Position numbers and translations under genes: made by a program
Part shown: positions 9,001-16,525 of the stretch, piece by piece
How the letters are laid out: every line of letters begins with the position of its first letter
Numbering within the stretch: the first letter of the stretch is position 1
Assembly: GCA_033762295.1 (NCBI GenBank)
Contig: JANRLW010000046.1
Span: 1 to 23,442 of the forward strand
Length of the DNA: 23,442 bases
Direction: 5' to 3'
DNA from: Capsulimonadales bacterium
GTDB taxonomy: Bacteria > Armatimonadota > Armatimonadia > Armatimonadales > Armatimonadaceae
The notes under the pieces: generated by a model
Seen by the model: the letters and a program-made list of their open reading frames with translations, nothing else
Database searches by the model: none
Told to the model about the DNA's origin: nothing

Positions 9001-11582
9001 AGCACAGCGCGGGCGGACAGGGTTCCGATAGTCCCGGTCACTTCCGCGTTTCGGAGGACGGTGCGCCGTTTGTCATACTCGAAAGTCAGGCTTCCGGACG
9101 TGATCGGATAGGTTCCGACCACGAGGGTTCCGAGTTCGGCGGACCCGCGAATCTTCGGATCGGAGAGCGTTCCTCCGACTTGCACCACGGACCGGGCGAT
9201 GCTGCCGGAGACGATGGGCGGTTCCCGCTCCTCCGGATCGGTCCGGACTCGACGTCGGATGACGCCCTGCTGTCGGGCGATCCGGCGCGCCGCTTCCAGA
9301 GGCACCTCCGCCAGCTGTCGCTGTACCTCCTCGTAGGAAAGATTGGCGATATTGGCGATCAGGTTGAATCGGGGGTTGATCGGCGCTTTCGGCCGATCGG
9401 GCAGCAGGTTCAGTACCTCGCCGGTCACCCGGACGGACGCCGGAAAGCGATACAGTTCCAGGGGGCGATTGAGCCGCAGTCGTTTCGCCGAGATATCGAC
9501 GTTGCCGGTACGGGCCAGATCCAGCGCGAGACGTCGGACGGGCGCGGACTCGGTCGCGCCGCGCAGGAAGAGCCGCAGGTTCATGGCCAGCAGGTCGTCC
9601 AGGCGTACCTGCGGCTGCCGGAAGGTTCCGCGGACGCTTCCCGCGCCGGAGAGCGTGCCGGAGATCGTATCGATGCCGATCGCCTGACCCAGGGCACGCA
9701 GGTCCAGCGATGCCAGACGGAAACGGAGGTCCAGCGCGCCGTCGGGGGATGTCCGCCCGTTCACGGCGGCGACGCCGACCGCCGACTCCAGTCGCGCGTA
9801 GGGGATGGTGACCCGGTTCTCGGCCACGGTCACCCGGGCGCGGGCGACCGGAATTGCGATACTTCCGACGAAAAGGTTCTTTGTCGAGAGGTTCGCGGCG
9901 GCGGTCAGTTGTCCGTTGATCCGTCGTCCGGCCGCTTCCACCTGCCCGATTCCCCGTATCCGGGTTCGGGGGTCCCCTTTCCGAAGGGGGGCGAGAAGAT
10001 CGAGTCCGGCCAAATCGACCCCTTCGGCCCGGACGGCAAAGGCGGCGTTCCCGACCGCCGTCCGTTCGCCGACCAGACGGACGACACCATCGCCGGAGAG
10101 TCGTCCGCCGCCGACGGCAGTCGCGTTGACCTGTTTCAGTTGCAGGACGCCCCCGGAGAACGTGACGTTCGCGGCGACGTCCCGCACTCCGGGCAGGCCG
10201 CGCCAGTCGGCATCCACCCCGCCCAGACTACCGACCACGGCGATATCGGTCAATTTGCCGGTCGCTGCGCCGGTGACGGTGAACTGAGCCGACGCGAGAC
10301 GATCGCCCAACCGGAGTTCGGGCGGGAGTGACTGTCCCCGGGGCAGCACGGCGGCGACCAGCCGTTTGACCGGGACACCGGGCGCGTTCACGGTCGCCTG
10401 GAAGATCGGCGGTGAATCGGAGGTGGCCGGGACGCCGATCGGCGGGAGATTTCGAACCGATCCGGTGGCGGCCACTCCCTGCTCGAACCATTTCGAACGC
10501 ACCGAAAACAACAGGATGCCGTCGGCCAGTTGCAGGGTGCCGAACGATTCCCGGAAGGGGATGGGCAGGAAGGTGAAGCGGGCATCCGCGTCCCGAAACG
10601 CCGCGTTCACGCTCAGGGAAAGCGGGGCGACACGTCCCGTTGGCGCATCGGGCAGGACCAGGGCGATATCGGCATCGGCGCGCGCGCGCTCCAATCGGAC
10701 GATCGGGACTTTTCGTACCAGGTAGTTCAACCAGTACCGCACATCCGCATCCCGGACGGACCCCTGCAGAGTAAGAACGGGCGCGCCGACGGGAGGGCCG
10801 TCGGGCGTTTCGCCGGGCCGACCCCGCCGGATACCGGCAAGGACGGACAGACTGCCTTTGAGTCGGGAAGCCGTCGCGCTCCCCGGCCAGGCCCGCGCCC
10901 GGGTGCTCACCTCGATGGTCCGCGTACCGGACAGGTCGACCACGGTGCGCGGACTGAATATTTCGTTGACGGCGGGGTCGGCGGTGTCGGGGAAGGCCGA
11001 GGCATAATCGCGGAAGATCCCGTGGGCGTCCGTCACCTCGACGACGGTTCGGAACGGCGGCGGGGGTTTTTCGGGTTCGGGCCTTTCGGGCAACAGATCG
11101 AGGACATTGAACCGACCACGGGGATCGCGAACCAGTACGGCCTCGGGCGACTCGATCAGGATGCGCGGCACCGCTTCCTGAATCTGGCCGGCGAGCAGCT
11201 TCGTCGGACTGACGTAGAGGACGAGGCGTCGGGCTTTCGCCAGCACATCGGAACCGGCGTACGTTCGTTCGCGGTCGACCGTTTCGATCACCACGTCACC
11301 GGCCTCGATCGGGAGTGTGCCGTAGGTTTCGGGATGCGTGACGATATCGTAGAGGCCGCGTGCGCTCAGGCGCGGCGTGATTCGTCCGATTCGCACGGGC
11401 CGTCGGAGGTAAGCGGAGAGTTCGGCGGAGACGATGGGCGCCGCCTGTGCCAGCAGAGCGTCCGCCCGGCGCAACAAGGCATCGAACCCCTGCACGATCA
11501 GTACGAACAGGGGTATGAGGACGATGAGCGGCCCGACCAGTCGGGGAAGCAGGCGTAGCGCCCAGTGCAGGACGCGTTTCAT
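6087..11582 (-). CDS. tamB: Large AsmA/TamB-like envelope protein, 1831 aa
   Basis: N-terminal TM anchor; repeated beta-rich units (GTLSDPKIRG, GTLSQPIITA, GTLESPALSG, GDLKDPVL); C-terminal LTSDPPLSESEIIALI typical of the DUF490/TamB domain. Confidence 0.8.
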   Translation of the reverse strand: MKRVLHWALRLLPRLVGPLIVLIPLFVLIVQGFDALLRRADALLAQAAPIVSAELSAYLRRPVRIGRITPRLSARGLYDIVTHPETYGTLPIEAGDVVIETVDRERTYAGSDVLAKARRLVLYVSPTKLLAGQIQEAVPRILIESPEAVLVRDPRGRFNVLDLLPERPEPEKPPPPFRTVVEVTDAHGIFRDYASAFPDTADPAVNEIFSPRTVVDLSGTRTIEVSTRARAWPGSATASRLKGSLSVLAGIRRGRPGETPDGPPVGAPVLTLQGSVRDADVRYWLNYLVRKVPIVRLERARADADIALVLPDAPTGRVAPLSLSVNAAFRDADARFTFLPIPFRESFGTLQLADGILLFSVRSKWFEQGVAATGSVRNLPPIGVPATSDSPPIFQATVNAPGVPVKRLVAAVLPRGQSLPPELRLGDRLASAQFTVTGAATGKLTDIAVVGSLGGVDADWRGLPGVRDVAANVTFSGGVLQLKQVNATAVGGGRLSGDGVVRLVGERTAVGNAAFAVRAEGVDLAGLDLLAPLRKGDPRTRIRGIGQVEAAGRRINGQLTAAANLSTKNLFVGSIAIPVARARVTVAENRVTIPYARLESAVGVAAVNGRTSPDGALDLRFRLASLDLRALGQAIGIDTISGTLSGAGSVRGTFRQPQVRLDDLLAMNLRLFLRGATESAPVRRLALDLARTGNVDISAKRLRLNRPLELYRFPASVRVTGEVLNLLPDRPKAPINPRFNLIANIANLSYEEVQRQLAEVPLEAARRIARQQGVIRRRVRTDPEEREPPIVSGSIARSVVQVGGTLSDPKIRGSAELGTLVVGTYPITSGSLTFEYDKRRTVLRNAEVTGTIGTLSARAVLTARGELSGSFRAPGLNIEKLSYLTDGLLQFAGNVDLAGTFSGTLSQPIITASLAAPRLTLAGTEYQEVVANNLRFVGGEKGQGATITLPEFTFVRRRGDGAAGENTGEDTVVRLADVRYAPESGEVGAVLQIRDGDLRTVFEIIRRSGLDQTEQGARIVRALTNLPDPTDARFDIRRLAVRGRITDAGFLEPAIDADIEMRDLQFGQFGNTPEERRKTTLNLEGTLRGEVVNISRFEVRRPEATIRGGGTYDPDGQVDAFLESNGASLDIIRSLPGLGGFPVRGVIDFALSARGESRNPRIFASVEGRDLLVTTGTAAGSPGVPRIVNGREEYELPISLFRIEADLVQSNPGQYNVVISDAIVTATDDLRLTASALIPVALNEDASVARRPFRFNLKTLSNRGETIELKRLADYLAGKTVPPAAPDAAPTPGGAVATVPAATATPAAKGTAPPPEERSPVQLEGTLTADIAYGGTLESPALSGQVIVEDGRFRLASEGRRERLSPITDFAATLRLAGNSILFDRFRVKLGGENEPGNEMTLSGAVQLKSLSDLERVLRRPTPGTAGTPPSVTAAAFDLALNFDRFRPVTDNLFGLGEAFKGQFDGTLRLTGDLKDPVLRTASGSPLRLSRTEVRLPTINREPEQGTPPPPVNPTFDVAIDLAGTSVLASPPLFRFEVQSDRPVRISGRLFPRPGQTTSDFAVNAEVTPQGGYFNLQGGYLNLARFNVQRQGKVTVAFGGTNPRVLTEDVRATAKIYRPRGGGLFGGSRTALVSGTDATTPVNRYTVTATLNGPLDLFETENGVRNGDLTRSSGIDLTSDPPLSESEIIALIGGRSALELAQQGRVETAFRDLLNQTLYSGYLPGLVSQVTGNVAQTLGLEDLTIDYNTDEPIRVRFVKRLPDPFNRFIVDYTRAFQQRNAPTQLTPYVFSFSYELYQFNTSYRLLPRLQLGFQTDEQRNFIYFLRGTVSY

Positions 11583-11597
11583 CGCGCCCCCGTCGAT

Positions 11598-12614
11598 CTA
11601 TTGTACGGCCAGCGGCAGTTCCAGGCGGCGGATTCCGGGCAGGGCGGGGCGAGCGGCGGTCGAACCGTCGGAACCGTCGGAACCGGCGCCGCGCAGGAAT
11701 TTATCCGAGAAATCGATAGCATTATAGGACGATCGGACGAACGGCCCGGAAGCGACATAGAGAAAGCCCATCTCCTCCGCGATCGCCCGGTAGCGTTCGA
11801 ACCGGGAAGGGTGGAGATATTCGACCACATCGAGGTAGCCTTTGCCCGGCTTGAGATACTGCCCGAGGGTCACCGCGTCCACTCCGGCATCCTTCCAGTC
11901 GGATAGTACCTGAACGACCTCTTCCTCGGTTTCGCCCAGTCCGAGCATGATTCCCGACTTCGTATAGATAGTCGGATCGATCTCCTTGACGGTTCGCAGG
12001 AAATCGATGCTACGGGCGTATTTCGCCTGTGGCCGGACGGTCCGATAGAGTCGCGGCACGGTCTCGGTGTTATGGTTGAACACATCGGGTCGTGCGCGGC
12101 AGACGATTTCGATGGCGAACCGTCGTCCGCGGAAGTCGGGCGTCAGCACTTCGACGGTGGATTCGGGCAGTTGTTCACGCAGGTGACGGATCACTTCGGC
12201 GAAGTGGGCCGCGCCTCCGTCGAGCAGTTCATCTCGATTGACCGAGGTGACCACGACATGCTTCAAATTGAGTTGTGCGGCGGCGTGGGCGACGCGCCGT
12301 GGCTCATCGGCATCGAGCGGCAGTCCGCGTCCGGTCTTAACGGCGCAGAACCGGCAGGAGCGGGTACAGGTATCTCCCATGACCATGAAGGTGGCGGTGC
12401 CTTTGGTCCAGCACTCGCCGAGGTTGGGACAGCGGGCCTCCTCGCAAACGGTGACGAGTCGTTCGCCACGCATGAGGTTTTCGACGTTGCCGATGTCTCT
12501 GGCGCGGGGGACTTTGACGGTCAGCCATTCGGGGATGCGTCGTTTGACGAGGTTTGTCGTGGAAGCGGGAGCCGCCTGGTGGTCGGCGACAGGGAGTTCG
12601 GTTCGGGTGCTCAC
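11598..12614 (-). CDS. lipA: Lipoyl synthase
   Basis: CEEARCPNLGEC (CX4CX5C), radical SAM CTRSCRFC, FNHNTETV, SGPFVRSSY. Start placed at GTG 12614. Confidence 0.97.
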   Translation of the reverse strand: MSTRTELPVADHQAAPASTTNLVKRRIPEWLTVKVPRARDIGNVENLMRGERLVTVCEEARCPNLGECWTKGTATFMVMGDTCTRSCRFCAVKTGRGLPLDADEPRRVAHAAAQLNLKHVVVTSVNRDELLDGGAAHFAEVIRHLREQLPESTVEVLTPDFRGRRFAIEIVCRARPDVFNHNTETVPRLYRTVRPQAKYARSIDFLRTVKEIDPTIYTKSGIMLGLGETEEEVVQVLSDWKDAGVDAVTLGQYLKPGKGYLDVVEYLHPSRFERYRAIAEEMGFLYVASGPFVRSSYNAIDFSDKFLRGAGSDGSDGSTAARPALPGIRRLELPLAVQ

Positions 12615-12757
12615 GAAAAAAGTATACCGTACACCTTCCCCGTCTCCCACTGCCGTCCGGATTCCGCCAGGTCACGATATGATTTCGACAGGCGCGTACG
12701 CTCGCTTCCTTTCGAGCAACGACATTCCGGGCGAGCGGCAGGGAAGTTCGGGGAATT

Positions 12758-12964
12758 ATGGAGAAAAATGTCGGTTTGAAATTGGATAGCCCCTCCCTTC
12801 TTCGACGTCGACGAATCGTTTTCGGAGCGATCGTCACTCTGCTGGTCGTCCCCGCTCTCCTGTTGCTGTTTCTGGCCCGTACGCCCTGGGACTTTGTTGT
12901 TCCCCTCAGTAATCTGGCGACCGTGTTTTTCCTCTGGCGGGACAACGTTTCTCATTTACGCTGA
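12758..12964 (+). CDS. Small membrane protein (1-2 TM), unknown function
   Basis: 68 aa with RRRR followed by a long hydrophobic run IVFGAIVTLLVVPALLLLFL. Possible -10 TATGAT upstream at about 12678. Confidence 0.5.
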   Translation: MEKNVGLKLDSPSLLRRRRIVFGAIVTLLVVPALLLLFLARTPWDFVVPLSNLATVFFLWRDNVSHLR

Positions 12965-12967
12965 AAG

Positions 12968-13159
12968 AGACGCGTCAACGCCGCGGATGCCCGCTGGTAT
13001 CTCTACGACGGCCTCGGTTCCGTCGTCGGGGAAGTTGATGTCAACGGTGTTGTACAGAGTGCCAAGAAGTACGATGTGTATGGGGCAACCCGTTCGGCGA
13101 CGGGGACGGGAGCGAAGAGCAGGCAGGGATGGGTTGGCGGGAAAGATTGTTGGCTATGA
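12968..13159 (+). pseudogene. Rhs core fragment 1 with toxin tip deleted
   Basis: My translation: RRVNAADARWYLYDGLGSVVGEVDVNGVVQSAKKYDVYGATRSATGTGAKSRQGWVGG-KDCWL*. No start codon; homologous to the 13466 and 16290 copies. Not in the ORF track. Confidence 0.85.
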
Positions 13160-13443
13160 AAGAGATTCTCAATGATCGTCAATACAAGGGACTAGGGCTT
13201 CTTCTCCATATGGCTTTGGGACATATACCGACGTTGATTCAAGATGGCAAACTGACTCAAGCTATAGAACTCGCAGAGGCGGTGCGTGTACTTCCCCTTT
13301 GGATGAACAATCCAAATGCCTTTGCACTGGGGTGGGATGATCCCATGATCAATTTAGGAGCCTATGAAGCGTCCTATCCCGACGACGAAATTGGTATTGT
13401 CAATATCTTCCGACGCATTCGTGATAATCCAACAACATGTTGA
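13156..13443 (+). CDS. Putative orphan Rhs immunity protein, 95 aa
   Basis: ATG overlaps the TGA of Rhs fragment 1 (ATGA). Visibly lower GC; no family recognised. Confidence 0.65.
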   Translation: MKEILNDRQYKGLGLLLHMALGHIPTLIQDGKLTQAIELAEAVRVLPLWMNNPNAFALGWDDPMINLGAYEASYPDDEIGIVNIFRRIRDNPTTC

Positions 13444-13456
13444 AGTAAAGACCTGA

Positions 13457-14146
13457 TGCGAAATCCGCCACTACCTCTATGACGGTTTGGGTTCGGTGGT
13501 CGGTGAGGTCGATGTCGCAGGGGTGGTTCAGTTCGCCAAGAAGTACGATGTCTTTGGGGCGGCACGGGCAACCACCGGAACCGCCAAGAGTCGGCAGGGT
13601 TGGGTTGGCGGGTTGGGGCATCAGAGTGATCCTGAAACCGGGTACACCTACATGAGAGCGCGATACTATGATCCAACGACGGGGAGGTTCGTCAGTGAAG
13701 ATCCGAAGCGGGATGGTATTAACTGGTTCGCCTACTGTGATAACGATCCAGTAAATCGTGTAGATTCTGATGGAAAAGGATGGATTCGTTATATTGCTGG
13801 GGATCCGTTGGTTAGTGTCTTTTGGGCGGGCCTCATATTTTCGCCTGAGTTTTGGCTCGTAGCCTTATCGTTTGCAGTGTTTTGGCATGAAATTGTTATA
13901 GAGGATGTCCTCAGGCAATCTTCGATAGGTATGGGGTTCCTTAATGACAAAATGCAACGATTGGCTTTAGTCGATGCAGCAATTCTCAACAGGGTAGGCA
14001 AACCTATATCCAGCTGCAGTCCGGTCGAGAGAGTGAAAGTTTTCTACGAGGGATATGCTGCCTGTTTAGGCCTTACTCTCTACTTTCTTTTTGGTGATCT
14101 TGGCGAAAACAATTTCGCCACTGCGGGCAACACTCCGGGAGCGTAG
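13457..14146 (+). CDS. Orphan Rhs core plus C-terminal tip module (possible starts TTG 13487 or ATG 13652)
   Basis: YLYDGLGSVVGE...DPETGYTYMRARYYDPTTGRFVSEDP...NWFAYCDNDPVNRVDSDG is the Rhs-associated core end, followed by a 122-aa low-GC hydrophobic tip. Confidence 0.9.
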   Translation, partial: CEIRHYLYDGLGSVVGEVDVAGVVQFAKKYDVFGAARATTGTAKSRQGWVGGLGHQSDPETGYTYMRARYYDPTTGRFVSEDPKRDGINWFAYCDNDPVNRVDSDGKGWIRYIAGDPLVSVFWAGLIFSPEFWLVALSFAVFWHEIVIEDVLRQSSIGMGFLNDKMQRLALVDAAILNRVGKPISSCSPVERVKVFYEGYAACLGLTLYFLFGDLGENNFATAGNTPGA

Positions 14147-14147
14147 T

Positions 14148-14504
14148 ATGCTTTCGTTTGCATTGAAAATTGCCAAAAATCTTGAAGAGGCAACGAAGAA
14201 TCTACGTGACAATCCTGTTTATATGCATCATTACGTCTACTTATTAGTAGCTTCACGGCAGGATACGGATGAATATGTAGTTAGAATCGTCCAACAAGTC
14301 AAATGCGTTTACTTGTTTGAAGACATTGATGACGCTACGCATTTTGCGTCTGAAAGTGAAGGAGCCTTAGGAATTTCGGTCAGGGTTATGTTAACCCCAG
14401 TCAGTGACTTGGCGTTCAAGTGGGCCGTTTACCAACCACGCGGATCACGTTTTTTGTTAATGCCATTGTCATTCGCAGCCTCAGATAGAAGGGACAAAGA
14501 GTAA
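14148..14504 (+). CDS. Putative cognate immunity protein, 118 aa (DUF3110-like by eye)
   Basis: Starts 1 nt after the Rhs stop, with RBS GGGAG and low GC. Motif VYLL...VYLFEDIDDATHFA. Confidence 0.7.
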   Translation: MLSFALKIAKNLEEATKNLRDNPVYMHHYVYLLVASRQDTDEYVVRIVQQVKCVYLFEDIDDATHFASESEGALGISVRVMLTPVSDLAFKWAVYQPRGSRFLLMPLSFAASDRRDKE

Positions 14505-14576
14505 CGATAGTGCAACAGTCAAAAGCAGACTGTTTAGTAAACTTGGTAACACCCCAACTTCCATGCGTCACGAACA

Positions 14577-14741
14577 ATGGCTCTTGCAATCGGCATGGCT
14601 ACACCGGAAGAGGCGGAACAGGAACACCTGGGAATATTGACCACGCCACTTGATGCGATCACGGATGCCGATCAGAGAGACGAGCATCCGTTTGAAGCAT
14701 TGGCTGGCGAGTGGAACGCTTATTGGAAGAATCGTAACTGA
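14577..14741 (+). pseudogene. Short acidic ORF (54 aa), possible remnant of another immunity gene
   Basis: MALAIGMATPEEAEQEHLGILTTPLDAITDADQRDEHPFEALAGEWNAYWKNRN*. Below the ORF-track cutoff, within the low-GC block, no RBS. Confidence 0.4.
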
Positions 14742-14796
14742 ACGATTAACCTGCTATTTGTTTCGGGCGGGAACGGAAGCGGCAACGGAGTCGGTA

Positions 14797-15057
14797 ATGA
14801 CGGATGAGCGATCAAGCGGCGTTTGTTGCGAATTTTTGAGGTCCACGGTGTTCTCGTCCGTTTCTCCGGGGATACGCAACCGGATCGCGCCGGTGATGCG
14901 CGGACGCAAGCCCGTGTTTCTCTTCGTGTACTTCTTTCTGAGCTGGACACTGGGGGCGATCCTGGTGGTCGCTCTCCATCCGTCGCGGTCGTTCGTCACT
15001 GCCTACCCCGTCGTCTGCGCCCTCTCCTCGGGAGTGGCGAGCCTGCTCCTGCTATGA
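14797..15057 (+). CDS. Small 2-TM membrane protein (start 14797 or 14896)
   Basis: VFLFVYFFLSWTLGAILVVAL and FVTAYPVVCALSSGVASLLLL. GGAG lies 6 nt before ATG 14797. Confidence 0.5.
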   Translation: MTDERSSGVCCEFLRSTVFSSVSPGIRNRIAPVMRGRKPVFLFVYFFLSWTLGAILVVALHPSRSFVTAYPVVCALSSGVASLLLL

Positions 15058-15227
15058 TCCACACTATCGGGTACACGTTCGTCCTCATCGTCGGGTTCCT
15101 GCTCCTCATATTCTGGGACATCATTGCCGAACATGTTCTCGGGACGATTTTCACCACGATCTTCCTGGCCGTTAAGGATCGGTTTTGGAGAAAGGTTTGT
15201 CCTGAATTCGCTTCGGAATCCCGCTAG
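15054..15227 (+). CDS. Small membrane protein, 57 aa
   Basis: MIHTIGYTFVLIVGFLLLIFWDIIAEHVLGTIFTTIFLAVKDRFWRK...; ATGA overlap with the previous ORF. Confidence 0.55.
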   Translation: MIHTIGYTFVLIVGFLLLIFWDIIAEHVLGTIFTTIFLAVKDRFWRKVCPEFASESR

Positions 15228-15514
15228 GGAGTTTTCGGTACGACGGCGAGATCGAGTCCCAGGGTGTTCAGGGCAGCACGGACGGTTCGAAACGCAGGGT
15301 TGCCGTTTTTGGAGAGGGAACGGTAGACGGTTGTACGAGCGATTCCGGCATTGCGGGCGATCTCTCCCATCCGACCGGTCGCTAAAGCGATCTCTCGGAG
15401 ACCTTCGAGGACCCCTTCCGTGCCGCCTTCCTCATACATCGCCATCAGGAACGCCTGTTGGAATGTTGGGTCGGTCAGGTCCTCCGTCAAAATCTCGCGT
15501 ATATCTTTCAACAT
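15224..15514 (-). CDS. Addiction-module antidote protein (XRE-like HTH antitoxin)
   Basis: LREIALATGRMGEIARNAGIARTTVYRSLSKNGNPAFRTVRAALNTLGLDL. RBS AAAGGTG before the ATG at 15514. Confidence 0.92.
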   Translation of the reverse strand: MLKDIREILTEDLTDPTFQQAFLMAMYEEGGTEGVLEGLREIALATGRMGEIARNAGIARTTVYRSLSKNGNPAFRTVRAALNTLGLDLAVVPKTP

Positions 15515-15917
15515 CGTCTTTACACCTTTCCCAAAACGCAACAGCATCGGGTATGTCTCGTACCTGCGAATTCTTATCACCGCCGCCGACAAGAATTACC
15601 AGCAGGTTGCCATGTCGGACGTAGTAGATACGGTAGCCGGGGCCATAGTCAATCCGAAGTTCGCTAATTGCACCAGCGATTCGCTCACGATGATCCCCGA
15701 AGTTTCCGCTTTGCAGAATCCGAACCAATCGCGCAGCAATCCGCGCTCGTGCCATCGTATCGCGAAGTCCGCGCCACCATATCTCGAAGGGAGCCGTCCC
15801 TGCGGAATCGATAAGCACCCGGACTGTGATGTCGCCCGCGGGAACCGTCGTACCGTCGCTTCCTCCGGTAACGGCTTCCTCTCTCCCTTTTTGTCGTCGT
15901 TCTCTGCGCTTCCGCAC
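15432..15917 (-). CDS. Addiction-module killer protein (RelE/ParE superfamily, HigB/DUF891-like)
   Basis: PFEIWWRGLRD..ARARIAARL..GNFGDH..ISELRIDYGPGYRIYY..ILVGGGDKNSQVRDI. Lies upstream of the antitoxin; start is uncertain. Confidence 0.9.
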   Translation of the reverse strand: MRKRRERRQKGREEAVTGGSDGTTVPAGDITVRVLIDSAGTAPFEIWWRGLRDTMARARIAARLVRILQSGNFGDHRERIAGAISELRIDYGPGYRIYYVRHGNLLVILVGGGDKNSQVRDIPDAVAFWERCKDDVERYTRDFDGGPDRPNIPTGVPDGDV

Positions 15918-16148
15918 ATATCATTGTAGCATTAAAACGACACTTTGGCGACCGGTTTGAAGGTGCAAGCGAGAGGATGAGGAATTAGCCGTTATAAAGT
16001 CTGTCTGCGGATGGGGCGGAGGGCGTGCCGATACGTTAAGTATGGCCCGACGATCTCTGCTGATCGGTGTGGTTGTGTTTCTGGTCGCCTTTTGCTGTGG
16101 GTGGCAGGCGCGGCGACGGTGGACGGGAAAGGGATTGACGGTCTTTGA

Positions 16149-16525
16149 TACCGCCTTGACGGCCCAATGGTCGTGCAGGAGTTGGTGCGTCAGAAAAGCG
16201 GTCAGGCAGGCAGTTGGACCACGACCACGACCGTCAACTACCTTCAAGGACCGCAGGACCGCTCGCTCGCACGACGAACACTGCCCTGGATGCCCGTTAC
16301 TATCTCTATGATGGTTTGGGTTCGGTGGTCGGTGAGGGGTATGTGGATGGCACGGTTCAGTACGCGAAGAAGCAGGATGTCTATGGGGCGGCACGGGCGA
16401 CGACAGGGACGGCGATGGGCAAGCACGGTTGGGTCGGCGGGGTGGGGCATCCGACCGACCCTGAAACCGGATACACCTGCATGAGGGCTAGGTACTATGA
16501 TAGTGCTACGGGACGATTCGTAAGC
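16149..16525 (+). pseudogene. Rhs core fragment 3, frameshifted and truncated
   Basis: YRLDGPMVVQELVRQ...VNYLQGP, then a frameshift at about 16255, then GPLARTTNTALDARYYLYDGLGSVVGE...DPETGYTCMRARYYDSATGRFVS. Homology stops before the DPxG motif. Confidence 0.88.

Noticed and set aside
6915..10331. 1138-aa + strand ORF
   Set aside because: Antisense shadow of the tamB-like gene caused by high-GC codon bias; no recognisable motifs.
11661..11686. 9-bp tandem repeat (GAACCGTCG)
   Set aside because: Encodes a GSDGSDGS linker in the LipA tail; in frame and unremarkable.
12986..16525. Repeats read as a CRISPR array or DGR template/variable repeats
   Set aside because: The copies are long, protein-coding Rhs core with many synonymous differences. 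No adenine-specific pattern is apparent, and there is no reverse transcriptase or cas gene.
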